From an uncultured archaeon (GTDB lineage: Archaea > Nanohalarchaeota > Nanosalinia > Nanosalinales > Nanosalinaceae), in the NCBI GenBank assembly GCA_964421955.1, contig CAYQYU010000001.1, positions 32,001-96,000 on the forward strand: a stretch of DNA of 64,000 bases. The letters are read 5' to 3'. The notes beneath the pieces are model-generated. The model ran no database searches. It had not been told where the DNA came from and saw only the letters and a list, made by a program, of their open reading frames with translations. Within the stretch, counting starts at the first letter, position 1; each line of letters begins with the position of its first letter. The position numbers and the translations under genes are program-made. Below are positions 38,601-44,558 of this stretch, piece by piece.

Positions 38601-39468
38601 TACCGCTTGAGGCGGAATAATGGGCATCGGTCGATGCGGAGCCCGAGCCTGTAGACTGCGCCACCTCTGTACAGCTTCCTTCCTGGCATTTTGCGAAGCC
38701 GTATCCCCATCCAAACTCCTGGCTGCCCTCAACCGTCGTGGTGTTGAACTGGTCGTTTGTGGCTGTTAACCTGAAAGTTACGAGGTCAGGCTCGAAGCCG
38801 ACCGAGGTCACGTTGACGTTTCCAGGAGAGGCCGGAGACAGGAATCTGCCGTTCCTTACCTTCATCTGCTTCTTGAGTCCGGCGACTCCCGAGAAATGGT
38901 CGATTTTCACGACAGTTTTTCCGCCCACAGTCTCGTAGTAAGGTCTCTCACCGGTGTTCTTCCCTATATCGTAACATCTCGGATTTTCCGGGGAGCCCTC
39001 ACATTTCTGGACTTTCGAGTATTCTCCTGGCAGGATGACCCGTGCGGTGTAGTTTTCTGTCAGGTTCTGCATCTCGACCCATGCCATATCCTGCAGACCG
39101 TCAAACCTTTCGAGTACTGAGACGTCTGCAGTACCGTTCCAGTTTATATCCGATGCTGTTATCTCAATACCGACCTCTTCTTCCGCGTAACGGAGTCTTG
39201 TCAGATTATTCTGCGTGTTCTCCCAGACCTCGACACCCTCGACCTTCTGTTTCTTCACCCATTCCTGGCTCTGAGCCTCAAGCTCCCTGGCTCCTAGCTG
39301 TCGCCAGTTCTCTTCCTGCGGCATCGAGCTGAACACCTGCTCGAAGTCATCGGTCTCTGCGGGCGCGTGGAACATCCCGGTCATCCCGGGGCTGAAAACG
39401 AGGAAGGCTGCGGCTACCGAGATGAGTAATGTTGCCGTCGCCGCCTTCGATCTCCTGCTCCTTATCAT
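20605..39468 (-). CDS. Giant 6287-aa surface adhesin: LamG x2, several DUF2341-like, H-type-lectin-like x6, IgGFc-binding-like, PA14, many Ig-like repeats, C-terminal pilin-like domain
   Basis: Uninterrupted 18.9-kb ORF; LamG (TIMAWVYP…WHHLAMTYDG…IDGARVYDRALS), DUF2341-like (W.YRKP..I.N…YWIE.WN…A.IWV), PA14 (YLEGWLLAPEAGTYGFGTDSDDAS), many N-x-S/T sequons. Confidence 0.92.
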   Translation of the reverse strand: MIRSRRSKAATATLLISVAAAFLVFSPGMTGMFHAPAETDDFEQVFSSMPQEENWRQLGARELEAQSQEWVKKQKVEGVEVWENTQNNLTRLRYAEEEVGIEITASDINWNGTADVSVLERFDGLQDMAWVEMQNLTENYTARVILPGEYSKVQKCEGSPENPRCYDIGKNTGERPYYETVGGKTVVKIDHFSGVAGLKKQMKVRNGRFLSPASPGNVNVTSVGFEPDLVTFRLTATNDQFNTTTVEGSQEFGWGYGFAKCQEGSCTEVAQSTGSGSASTDAHYSASSGSSSVLQVFTTDAGGTFNGYINGTVTGTYSSGFNVEFEETQQQEYVTYTAYNFPDDTEVDVGSFQTRSSTGTQSISTGFKPNFLRVVTSPDIQNLGFSAQDSTDHGWTHGFAANHSGKLEQMTMSTTLESSSIDSHVWAANDSEIIHTLWKADSGNIDGRLQAELESFDSTGFNLDYTNVNPDTAEGSQFLVTYWAVNSSAEPDIGTGTTPASATTEFKNTDKYLESVSFLASNTVNSTAQEGYSGDNNPEGHWGWMTGAGNVSSQQSIGFSSHSSSVDGHASGSSNESAFRLLYTDVDGNIIGEERATLTELNRTGFGLDWSNTTSSATADIRIDNALYTYWGFEKSVPVQVNEPEIEERPVVGREFNVTVNVSTPGELDTVLLNLTDDSGTLELQNAVMINDSKIPEQYYYAHTMDIDDSSKGLWTADIAANNSVGVEDTNSTSFYSLEPDWFDVSFKYRHNLTGNLSFGSISGRSAIQEGFDPMDHWIYGTVGNETDPTYAYHQDSNGGGWNATRIKNETEELCQIQTLPENNTRCPRPPQDLQGFWTFDQQGPVAWDQIKGRHGTLAGGVTQGATGIQGQSYSLAGGNEEVDTGLTASAFNTSGSKPKTIMAWVYPRSWADNAGVWSTGGTGTAGEDFSMRQLGPGEGGGEGQWRAQLWGGADVDFTFGGNDQWHHLAMTYDGSTLCVYANGTEIACNAESLNTADTDTLNFGEWDGGYIDARIDGARVYDRALSQAEIKAIQSKDSPLGAEEEKPDNPLKVEAPKADPDPVEETATVNITVNVTDLGDEVDAVLLNLTDDEDSPELTNIRMNNGSEFFSQYWSEYTIPDEAGNPGTWTATVYANNTLGYSKNNTASFEVVEKDDLKPEWRRLDDDTGGSIIQGSQAAITVEFLDNVSGIQDAYLATNETGSFENKSVYGSPEDLGGAVDRWEVADFNWDNASFNGTLGYRIWGVDKAGNWEVTDRRSFEVTIDDWFNKSMQYRHLINSSTDSEIVAALNGTDPVNENFDPMDHWIYGTLNGANGEDLYAYHQGNLTGEGWNVTQVANRSTEYCSFQTQPSNYSSCSNPPEDLKLYYTFDENGSFAWDHIKGRHGTLAGGVTQEASSRTGDAYSFDGSNDYVTPGLTASELNIDGNKPKTIMAWVYPRGTWDDGGIWSVGSTGSDGQDFSLRELQSEGDWRTQLWGGSCDQDFTFGSSGQWLHMAMTWNGSHLRVYGNGSELVDSTLPSCTVNTGNDMNFNVGWWAFDGSSVNFIDGRIDGVRVYDRALSQSEVQTVYDSAAVLEDEEEIDIPPAFNSWYNESWLYRKPYNINNTADQELSNFQVKIELDSGSVGPGFNWTRDRNATRFTIYEPEIDNETELNYWIEDWNSGGENATIWVNVTEIPASSKDIGMGNGVARIYHYYGNSGAEPESKGEATMELFDNFSDSSIDSSKWTTNAGSQAVETGGNLELTGGWNSDGTYFATQENFSAPKVAGIRARNPDSGDGDFGTGFAGSQTADWLQSGETWTNFDAEGSGGGNNLGDGKGIQLPSNTSTSSAVTVEDVNSRDFERHSLIHTSSEISYYDSETGQYQNASGSLKDPFYFHLAGDTDDTSNYDRVDWVFLRKYVSPQLSSNGLGEQSLTSLSVDIDEPQDFTQKTRGDEFLMNGSVECTGSCGEVNVSAQYETQTTPTEIWREDTKESFSDYNSSTNVSIPGDSLTLETDVQGSPWWNTEWKFRKDFNVSNPSGTNLTNYTVDFVLNSSNVGSNFEWSEDRSEIRFGWYNSSASENVELDYWIEEWNSTGENATVWVKMPELESGVNTRVQMYYGNDDADYEGDADSVFSIYFNFSETTINGGNSQNLNGNYKILENGTSFRAWGNSWFVHEDFGSFDVNADGSQILEMNLLVDDCGDIISTGLQDEASIDQDFHYEWCGAQNWPTYFGDQPYNAGNLNTWQDVNTVLEDFSQDPMTHLHLPAEDDASNEGPEDGDSLEDANATFSDVRIRKYVSSEPQVGSGSEQEISFKPSGRYVSSVFDTNQSSTEYEDIYWDAGVPQNTSLDVYSRTSDDNVTWSSWFLQSNDSTVFAPDSRYIQYRVDMSTEISNRTPDFMSSSVEYKSSSSGWQDMEPSGTLFTTSNPYQCGNMASGETCKVTWNVTPQQVGRYFLRFQANTSKGLVNTTESRDIDVYAKTFTLNFDSEKSLVGRGREVFLKARLLDDFSNPLEGYEVNFSDTTNNSVIDIRNTNSTGWANVTYEIPKTASLGSHDLLARFPGSGEEYLLSSNATAAIDVSSVPQISNVTAEPNSTGYGYNVTLNANVTDATGVDTVLLNVTGPNSSWETYDMALMGGDTYSYEFSDTWTRGNYEFNIIANNTDGVSNRSGTEDFAVEVDAEAYVETEKDDYRAKKDVKISPFRDDWFNSGWGRRIPINIQEQSGETLTDQAVKLNIDTQRYITQGLMNDNASDVRFTAEKPIIEVPVTVDNSGLPERNDEPVQIEITDPEVLSGITSGKEIRVFNQSVSNPYDRNSRPLWVEEVDSEILNLWVNVDMPAGATETFYLYYGDTDASSISSYEDTFSTKIGETETVQRTDSWAAESFQNSYSSSPVVIGTITSFNEGGEPAENPPDDAAVPRIRSLDSSGFDIRVEEYVSDDGNHVTENISYLAIKPGNWLLSDARIEAGTATSKPGSEVYEKVDYSQPFTGTPVFMTQINSYNEADAGSHTRQDNVTGVNGWFKIEEEAEGDAHASETVGYVAMETESENQGEVFESGLVSGVTDDWFYNGYNTEFGDEPALVGKFQTDNGPDNMAERIKNRTTEGFNVSTEETPAFDDTHTDEEFGYFASDEGVLYGAPYKQQPSTTVGTQQQVDSIQKQVPYYLDSGVNTTNTTFWVKPSTLPANSESTINMYFNNTNATETGSNLSAVTSSEPEIGKVTAPADGGWTTVDLNQPFEKPMVFATSNSENSTESPKVTQVRNVNSSAFEIRLCEEEGGGCDTHPEEQVSYAVFDRPEADRLSGVDTGVAELSGGDVGSALTVSYNQSLSSTPVLLAQAQNDSSTTPRIAQAVNVGTSTSDIYLCQHDGADGCNSVGATKVGWIALEPGNLPFEGEVGTTTGIEDSSWTPETFTDSYSSVPSVFATVQTNDGTEQSKPTMARNINLGGMDIRYCEHNSGDSCDIHNAEDVGWFAKEANAGDSSISYEVGYGEEQDRYTGIANLGDGGFKGYLFMVVQQETESGWDNILPPGVNDRASDTLRTVPAGDKLNVSAIWEANGGWNTDEYEPGTYRVLGRMESPSGNTLTSFTGMIRDTDNFDIINVTLELTELDHENEYDNAVNEYEVGDRIDWVNATATAINNTALDANITMDVHDGSGTDVSWGPNSTKLCGDIPNGSTCEKQWNNASNGYVIPESASSGSFEFLWNVTMMTKNGMTRFNDTFNFTIHNVPETFSSSINDSNNRILVNESRIYNFTFSNPWSSSIDDVNVTVNCGDEVYCEEVGGSDGTANLGSVSSDSNETVEFNLTTNSSTATGDYGINVTLEYINPGERRVWDQVGNRELSVRIPGALLKVLEYPDNITRDVNGSYNFTAYANNTFSGDLTNTEVTWWLPERWSNRSGNLTKLEPVQQTGELIYVNFTAFADSQARLGPQGVIINTTNDQGRVDEDSVTVDVYANTSMGLSSSDPTPDRGTTITLEADLDYDNGTALEGQNITFWDETEGEYLGSDLTGGSGIASVDYTIPSDAVLGDHDLNATYSGSSSSYTRPSDANTSVNVGEKPTINQVQDSPDPVGYGYNVTLNANVTDADGISAVEARVTVPNGTEFAYSMANLTGTTVYEYNFSETWQYGEYDYSIWTQDGSGSTFETSTDTFELFVDTDLDVKTVNETYGPKKDVNLTQENQTWWNRSFMYRKPLNVTETSGTAKNEYQVEFEIDTRAPIMSGKMNASCKDIRFVWYNSTAGEQQHADHYVDSGCNTTSTSVWVQVPRMAASSTEQLFMYYGNFRKPDGSSMEETFSYSEPRTVGYVTSNITASNGLAIQSMVDNNTVKVGSNTYLLNETDSVTVSSGIDIDTNVSAEGLVQAEGTGDTDTVISPASWSGTEFVYGGMRGTDRFCFVSPYGTANIDIEDGGSTVWTGTADSSGNCVDQDITDGNPVRVTSDLPVIAQHLSSDGEDAFLMYNATTDPVYGVPSANLYVGAGPSGASIELRGSNGASSSQSIGADSEFTDAFSGTGTAPAYMVNSTDNPIGAIQQADSAGTESTTFAPESEMTTEFGSSLPAFYIVAATPYEDTTCEFESDSNFATTSASGTNGVYKVEFGTGNGNTFTTGGWEVECDRPVWPYYDEEGDEDETSLFGWKQMRQASQTDPTVSKGGEQKQYGSLVKNRDGTDFRGYSLMTVEEYTGSGWQELEVVVNDSATGTERNIDKFRALDLASIWNSDPFYTDRYDAGRYRVNARLTDRRGNVLIDKDGSIQDNYEFNITSPEIQVNITEISVYNVTGNPNQRIYTDDIMGSGTNTTFTLFNNETYRVEVEVENLASSGTSWQLSDVNLTHEDLNPGWDLDTVDNIWYSNTSTRTDTRFEGGTFSSGAVEWDTGANGGKVDPGESAEFYYIFNATGTSSDRRQVNFHIEDPLFIRDDYSIFDVLVPDSEPPNLFNGIYNVSSLDVIRGNSFKIFARWDESIGDADAEYNSTTPLLSNDTVNLPSPNPEYWTNHTISTTNAWARGIHFAKLYAADLQDNLNASLEYKKVGIFGEARISDGYKDGDFSLYQNWEYRKPITVDNTGGSSLTDYQVPVNVSYNPNMSNNFSDLRFSWVNSSGIEEEVDHWIERKMSRNGEWAYTWVRIPEIEASSNETLYVYYNNSNATDASDGKAVLDSGLWLTQWQDGHSSNAGDESGMDSLFSAVDYSGRDGWDAQPRPTCEDNATNGNCNLFGADDNYLTYLEGWLLAPEAGTYGFGTDSDDASDVHINGTSRKSSIGGTNVANWYGGHAASGSFTGSSNSGTIGLQQGFYRYDYRHEEATGGDMWRGGWNTPSNGSYSVIPNGFLFHRKHADSEPSTSVESNVERNAITVGCYVEDTTVGNAIDNYDVKFYNESGLIATKQTNSTGWATANYRDNSPGVETLTCNITEDNARYYKTHPDNEETFTLEELEFEHPNFFDIGENRSEVNKTDTVNLFARWTDNFELDDSTLSINTSGTFQNESTLSLSGTNDWANFSYQFSSTLTPGVYGWRQYGRDTSHNYNTTPTRTIEVWGGVNISEAELVDNTIIVDNQATMECRVIDRDSGSGIDNYQVEFYNSTGLMGTNRTESDGWAQFSFTDPTTGDEDITCSIDDNLTRYYRATVPNGTDTLTTASPGADVDAPKIENGIYGLNDTEIVRGEEYGLKVFAQWNETIDNSTVLYNETSTVNEFINPGPYPENYTNYTIGVDSSWTVGTHFAKLEASDNFDNWNDTLNFLKFNVTGRAGVNWDSPTGNVGVGQVRLQCSVNDVDTSNPVANYSVDFYDEEGFLGSNETNSTGAAIYNWDASSETAGDEDMSCVITDSSELHYQAEQTTASETITLTAELNTTILSPANGTQVFKGDTVWLNSTTNDGSDPVTPDNVTWSNSTNDIAAGENATWTVGGEAGNERIDVTATKTNFADGEDNVTLEVFGFSEVKLDEPLFNQSFATGSEPTFACGVYDTKSGKNITSYPVEFFVYNATDTWVLGTNSTTATANATWSWDTTGFATGQYNAGCNVTDQDSLYYHVSNNNESETPVFLTEANGELYGQLVEPPSSTTVAQNRTFTANVSINCQNQNCGSVDATLRYNDSGTSADTAIPSGSGTPFHTVNSNTKSCSGDLQVGETCFTTWEVNATGAQDSLHAIDVSMDGSQTQVNDTADREVGIDLVLIFNVNYSSIQFPQNDPGQVVNAPGNSGGSYYAELDENSNDASGGVWIKSTGFNNTVNPSPSYRRFGPENTTWSLKPSCSYAASQKLSKTFGQVLNYLDSGDNFTQCYFQEIPYGKAAGLYRGNITIKVNATN

Positions 39469-39469
39469 T

Positions 39470-42400
39470 CTATCCCGTCGCGTTCACCTTGAAGAACAGC
39501 GTTCCGTTGTAATCGGAGGATTTTATGCCGGTCGGTACGTCGATCCAGTAGAATGTCGTGAGATTGGTGTTCGAACTCACATCCGGCTGGAGCAGATCGT
39601 AGGTTCCGGAAAGGTCTGTCTCATTCGAAATATCATTTTCAAGACCGTAACTGACGTTTTCAGCATCTATAGAGTAGTCTCCCCATCCATCAGTCGCCAG
39701 GTCCGTCGACCTTATCCATGTATCTGCGGTCGCACATCCGCCGACCGACAGGTTGTACTCATGGTTGGAGTTGCCCGCGGCCGAGATGTTTCTCTCTCCA
39801 GGATCAAGAACTCCGAAGTCGACCCTGTCCGCCTGGAAATTCGTGTAAAGTGCCTTCCTCAGGGAAATCAGGGCGTCGTCTGAATTATTCGGCTGCATTC
39901 CCTCTCTCATCGAGGAGGCGTTTACGTCAAGCAGGTAGTCCCTGATGCTTCCGGTGGCGTTGACAGACCAGTTGATGTAGAAGCTATCGCCTTCCTTCAT
40001 CGAGTTGTTCCCGAGCCTGGTGTTCGGACCCAGTGTGTGGAAAGGTGTTCCCGAGTTCTCGGGTATCAGCGTTTCCGCAGAACCGCTCTCGTTGTACCGC
40101 GTCGAGGCATAGACATCGCCACATAGACCGTCCCTGCAGTTGACTGTGGCGTTGACCGTGAAGTCGTCGTTTTTACAGACCGTGGTCGACGAGGGGGGCT
40201 CAGTCAGTTCGACGTCAAGAAAGCCGAGCTTGGTGACGTTGAGGAGGTGGTAGTCCTCGCTTCCTGTAGCCGATGAGGTGTCGTTGACTTTGAACTGCTG
40301 GCTGTAGCTGTTTGATACAGTATCAGTTATGTTGACGATGTACTTGGCGTACATCGTGTTGTTGTTCTCGATCGTCTGGAGCACTCCGCCGTTCGATGTG
40401 TCCCAGTTGACCCTGCCGGAGCTGGTGCTTCCACCGTCAAAGTCCCCGGAGATGTTGTACCATATCTTCGTGACCGGCCATCCTGTATTCAGGCCGTCAT
40501 GGAAAAGTTCGTCCGAGTTCTCTATGTCCCAGTCGCCGTCTCCCTGGTTCCTTATCCTGAACTCGAACCTGTACTGGTCTCCCTCGTTGTGGCCGATATC
40601 AAGTGTGGTGTTCAGTCCTGTGTCGACCAGTCTTCCGCCCGTCTCCTTGTCCACAAGATCTGTAACCTCGTAGATCCTGATATCGGTCACGTTCGGAAGT
40701 GTCGCTCCCTTTCCAACTCCGAAGGCATCGAATCGATCAACTTCAAACCAGATATGGGTGGAGTTTTGCTTTGCACCGTATTCCGAGGTCGAGTTGACCT
40801 GCCAACTATTACACGACGCGGCGCCAAAGTCCCAGTCGGTACAGTGAAGAACCACGTTCGGATCAGTCCCGAGCTTCGGCAGCACCAGTTTCGCACCACT
40901 GTAATCGAGACCGGTATCATCCAGGGCGTAGACTGTAGTAACATTTGTAACTCCGGCAGGCGTTGAACCGGTGTAGTTCCTGACTACCTGGGGCTCCACC
41001 TCCTTTGCGGAGTCAACTGTAATATCCTTCAGAGTCGCGATGAAGAACGATGAAAAGACTGGCGCGGTATTCCTTACAGTATAGTTCAGGTCGCGGGCCA
41101 GGCCTTTCTCAAGGTAGTTTTCTGTGGACGTGTCTGCCGAGGCAACCGTGTTGCCGAAAGAGTCCAAGAACTCGAGTCTGGCATCGCTATATATGCTCCC
41201 TGAACTGTCCTTAAGAGTGGTGTTGAAGCTGTAGGTCAGGGATTCCGAGTGGAGTTCTAACTCGTTTATGATCGGCGTTTTCTCTGGTGTTGATGCCGTA
41301 AAGTTCACGTTGACGAATGCCTGGCCCCCGTTCTGGGTAAAGTTCAGTGTGTAGTTCCTTCTCTGCGTGCCTGAAAGCTTGACAGTCTGGGTCTCTCCGT
41401 TTGTTGTCTCGACCTCGATCCAGCTCTGGTTTCCGCTACTCGCGGCGTTCTCGTAATCCACCAGCATCCTAGTCAGTCTCCCTGAGTCCGGAACATCGAC
41501 GGTCTGGTTGTAGTCGCCGTTGAAGACTCCATCTTTTCCACCGAAGTAAAGCTGGTCGATCTCTCCCTGGTCAAGACTTTTGTTGAACAGCATCGCCTCG
41601 TCAACTCCTCCGCTGAAGTAGAAGTTAGTGGTTTTCGAGGCACCGATCCAGAGTTTGTCATAAAGGTTCTCGTAGTCACCCGAAGCGGTCGCGACCTGGT
41701 TTCCGTCAACATACATAGCAAGGTCGACATTGCTGCTCGAGGTCCTGTCCTGTGTCAGGGTTACGTGGTGCCACCCGGAGAGACCGGATACGTCGTAGCT
41801 CATGACCTGGCCCGCGGCGTCACCTCTCCAGTGCTTCAGCTGCCCGTTCTCTATACCCAGGTCGAGAGGTTTGCTGGAAACGTCCTCCGAGAAGCTGAGG
41901 AATTCTTCCCGGGCCCCGTTGTTCCAGCTATCAGGTTTTATCCAGACTGATACCGTCCAGTCAGGCTTCGCGACCTCGGAGATATCAGCATCGACGTAAC
42001 CCGAGCCGCTGAAGTAGAAATGATCTGTGCTGAAGACCCCTCCCGAGGTTCTTGTCGCGCCCGCGACAGCTCCGTTGAAACCGTTTCCGGAGTAGTCCTT
42101 CGCAGCACCTGAATCAGTATCGAGCCTCCAGAAACCGATCGGTGCCAGCGTATAATTCATGTAACCGATTCCGAGGTTGCCCGAGTTATCCTGTCTAGTC
42201 ACGCTCGTGTAGTTGAAGACTCCAGTCCAGGCTGATAGATCCGAGATGTCGCTGGACTGTACATTGGTCTGTTCCTCTACAAGGAAGCTGTTTTCTGGCG
42301 TCGAGTTCCAGTTGCCTGCTGCGTCCCGGAACCAGACCCGGTATCCGAGAACTCCGCTAAATCCGATATTGTCCCAGGTGAAGTCCACCAGCCTTTTCGA

Positions 42401-44554
42401 TGTCGTGTTCTGGAAGATCTCCGGAGAACCGTACGTGCCTGAGTAGTTCTGCCATGTCCCAGTTTCGTTAGTCGATAGATAGGCTCTGTAAAGCCCGGAA
42501 TCCGCGTCCTGGAGCTCTGCGGTTATATTTACCTCCTGGCCCTCTGTTACCGCGCCCGAGGAGTTGTCCCCGAAGCTGTTCCAGTTCGGCGTCCTGTTAT
42601 CGACGTAGAAATAGACCTGGTCAAAGTTCCAGTTGTCAGCAGTGTCGTTGCCCCAGACGATGATTTCGTGCTGGCCGGTTTCGAGAGGCCCCAGCGTTAT
42701 GTTCGGCTGGAAACTTAAGTTCCCCGAAGAGTCAAGATTGTAGCTCCAGATGCTTATGTCCTCATCAGAGGTTACGTTCAGCCACGGCGTGAAATCACTA
42801 AGAGTCGTGTTGAGAGGTTTCGTGATGGTTATCTCAGGTTTTATGGTGTCAACGCTCCCGACGCTGAAAGTCTGAGTATCGGTAGAGTTGTACTCTCCCT
42901 CCGAGCCCCTGTACCATATCTTCCAGGCAACCGTATTTCCGGATACAGAGGTGTTCTGCCAGGTGAAGTTGGTCCATGTCCAGGCATCCTCCGCATTCAC
43001 AGTCGCCGGAGAGCCGTAGAATCCGGTCTTATTCTGCCAGGCGCCGGTTTCATTCGTGGCGAGAGTCGCCTCGGTCAGGTTCACCAGGTCATATCCCTGT
43101 GCGTAGAGTTCGACCGATCCTGTCTCAGGAATACTATCAGTTTCCTGGCCCTGATCTCTCCAGTTCGGCGCCTCCGTATTAACCGTGAAGTACCTGATCG
43201 TCGAGTTCCAGTAGCCGTCAGTGCTCTCCGCCCAGACCTTTATGGAATGGAATCCGTCTCCAAGCGGATTAAGGGTCTCGTTTGGCGTAAAGCTCTCGTT
43301 GGCTCCTCCGTCCAGGCTGTACTTCCACTCCTGCACGCTGTCTGGCGAAGTGACGTTCAGCCACGGTGTATTGTCGGAGACTGTGTCATTGACCGGGCTG
43401 TGAACGTTTATGATCGGGGCAAGGCTTTCGGTCCAGACCTTGAAGCTGTCGATAACCGGAGTCAGCACCGGCGTGTCTGCGGTCATGTTAAAGTATACCT
43501 CAAGTTCGCCACCTCTGCCGTTAAAGTCGAGAGAGTAGTTCCTGGTTGTGCTTCCCGCATCAAGTTTGAATGTCTGGTTGTCTTCGCCGTAGAAGACCTG
43601 GGCCCAGCTCTGGTTACCGGATAAATTGATGTTCGAGGATGTAACCGTGAGGTTTGTCGGGGTCTCTCCTGCCGGAAGATTCAAGCTGCGGTTGTAGTCG
43701 CCGTTGAAGACCCCATCTGTTCCGTGGAAGTAGAGCTCACGGATTTCCGAGTCGGATAGCGCTCGGTGATAGAATCTGACCTCATCGATACCCCCGTCCC
43801 AGTTCTGGTCATTGTTGCTCGCCGACCCTACAGTAATGTTCTCCGAGTTCGAGTTGATGTCTGTAAATCCTGCGGAAACAGTATCCTGTAGAACACCGTC
43901 TATGTAAAGTCTGGCTTCCTGGGCGTTCCTGTCCCAAACACCTGTTACCAGAGTCCATTCTCCTGCGGCAGGTGCGGAAGCAGTAGGATTTATCCAGGTG
44001 GAGTCGGCCGAATCCCTGATGTAGAACTCGACCGTCCCAACATTATACCTCATTATGGTGACTCCCGGATTGCCTGTCCTGTCCTTCGAGAAAACTCTCC
44101 TTCTGCCTGAAAGAGCATCTGGTTTGACCCACGCCGATACAGTCAGGGAAGTGTCAGAAGGTATAGAGTCGATGCCAGTGGTTACTCTTCCATCGGTTCC
44201 ATCGAAGTTGAACGCCTCTGTTCCGAATACTCCTTCCACACCTGTTGTGACTCCGCCTCTAACTGTCCCATCTCTGTCTTCGCCGGAATAGCCCTTTGAA
44301 AGTCCCTGGTCGAACCGCCAGAATCCTTTCAGTGAGTCGCCCGATGTCCCATTCAGGTAGCCGATGCCGAGATCGCCCGAGTTGTCGACCCTGTCAGCGG
44401 AGGTGGCGTTGAAATCAGCCGGGCTCCAGTCGGCCTGGGACGAAACTTCAGAAGTGGCGTTTGCAAGGCCTAGAAGAACTGTGACCGTGAAAAGTAGAGC
44501 TACAACTGTCTTGATACCAGTTGCTCTTTCCGTCCATGTTCTTCCCGGCTCCAT
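39470..44554 (-). CDS. 1694-aa secreted adhesin with two LamG domains, Ig-like repeats and C-terminal pilin-like domain
   Basis: Signal peptide …GLANA|T, LamG (TVSAWVKPD…IDEVRFYHRALS; TVSVWIKPD…VDEAMLFNKSL), no TM anchor; C-terminal ~250 aa similar to those of the 6287-aa protein. Confidence 0.92.
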   Translation of the reverse strand: MEPGRTWTERATGIKTVVALLFTVTVLLGLANATSEVSSQADWSPADFNATSADRVDNSGDLGIGYLNGTSGDSLKGFWRFDQGLSKGYSGEDRDGTVRGGVTTGVEGVFGTEAFNFDGTDGRVTTGIDSIPSDTSLTVSAWVKPDALSGRRRVFSKDRTGNPGVTIMRYNVGTVEFYIRDSADSTWINPTASAPAAGEWTLVTGVWDRNAQEARLYIDGVLQDTVSAGFTDINSNSENITVGSASNNDQNWDGGIDEVRFYHRALSDSEIRELYFHGTDGVFNGDYNRSLNLPAGETPTNLTVTSSNINLSGNQSWAQVFYGEDNQTFKLDAGSTTRNYSLDFNGRGGELEVYFNMTADTPVLTPVIDSFKVWTESLAPIINVHSPVNDTVSDNTPWLNVTSPDSVQEWKYSLDGGANESFTPNETLNPLGDGFHSIKVWAESTDGYWNSTIRYFTVNTEAPNWRDQGQETDSIPETGSVELYAQGYDLVNLTEATLATNETGAWQNKTGFYGSPATVNAEDAWTWTNFTWQNTSVSGNTVAWKIWYRGSEGEYNSTDTQTFSVGSVDTIKPEITITKPLNTTLSDFTPWLNVTSDEDISIWSYNLDSSGNLSFQPNITLGPLETGQHEIIVWGNDTADNWNFDQVYFYVDNRTPNWNSFGDNSSGAVTEGQEVNITAELQDADSGLYRAYLSTNETGTWQNYSGTYGSPEIFQNTTSKRLVDFTWDNIGFSGVLGYRVWFRDAAGNWNSTPENSFLVEEQTNVQSSDISDLSAWTGVFNYTSVTRQDNSGNLGIGYMNYTLAPIGFWRLDTDSGAAKDYSGNGFNGAVAGATRTSGGVFSTDHFYFSGSGYVDADISEVAKPDWTVSVWIKPDSWNNGAREEFLSFSEDVSSKPLDLGIENGQLKHWRGDAAGQVMSYDVSGLSGWHHVTLTQDRTSSSNVDLAMYVDGNQVATASGDYENLYDKLWIGASKTTNFYFSGGVDEAMLFNKSLDQGEIDQLYFGGKDGVFNGDYNQTVDVPDSGRLTRMLVDYENAASSGNQSWIEVETTNGETQTVKLSGTQRRNYTLNFTQNGGQAFVNVNFTASTPEKTPIINELELHSESLTYSFNTTLKDSSGSIYSDARLEFLDSFGNTVASADTSTENYLEKGLARDLNYTVRNTAPVFSSFFIATLKDITVDSAKEVEPQVVRNYTGSTPAGVTNVTTVYALDDTGLDYSGAKLVLPKLGTDPNVVLHCTDWDFGAASCNSWQVNSTSEYGAKQNSTHIWFEVDRFDAFGVGKGATLPNVTDIRIYEVTDLVDKETGGRLVDTGLNTTLDIGHNEGDQYRFEFRIRNQGDGDWDIENSDELFHDGLNTGWPVTKIWYNISGDFDGGSTSSGRVNWDTSNGGVLQTIENNNTMYAKYIVNITDTVSNSYSQQFKVNDTSSATGSEDYHLLNVTKLGFLDVELTEPPSSTTVCKNDDFTVNATVNCRDGLCGDVYASTRYNESGSAETLIPENSGTPFHTLGPNTRLGNNSMKEGDSFYINWSVNATGSIRDYLLDVNASSMREGMQPNNSDDALISLRKALYTNFQADRVDFGVLDPGERNISAAGNSNHEYNLSVGGCATADTWIRSTDLATDGWGDYSIDAENVSYGLENDISNETDLSGTYDLLQPDVSSNTNLTTFYWIDVPTGIKSSDYNGTLFFKVNATG

Positions 44555-44558
44555 TATT

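Noticed and set aside
20605-39468. Identity with the SPEARE-type giant protein of nanohaloarchaea (serine protease/adhesion/restriction endonuclease)
   Set aside because: I saw no subtilase motifs (HGT, GTSMA) or nuclease domain; only adhesion and stalk modules are evident
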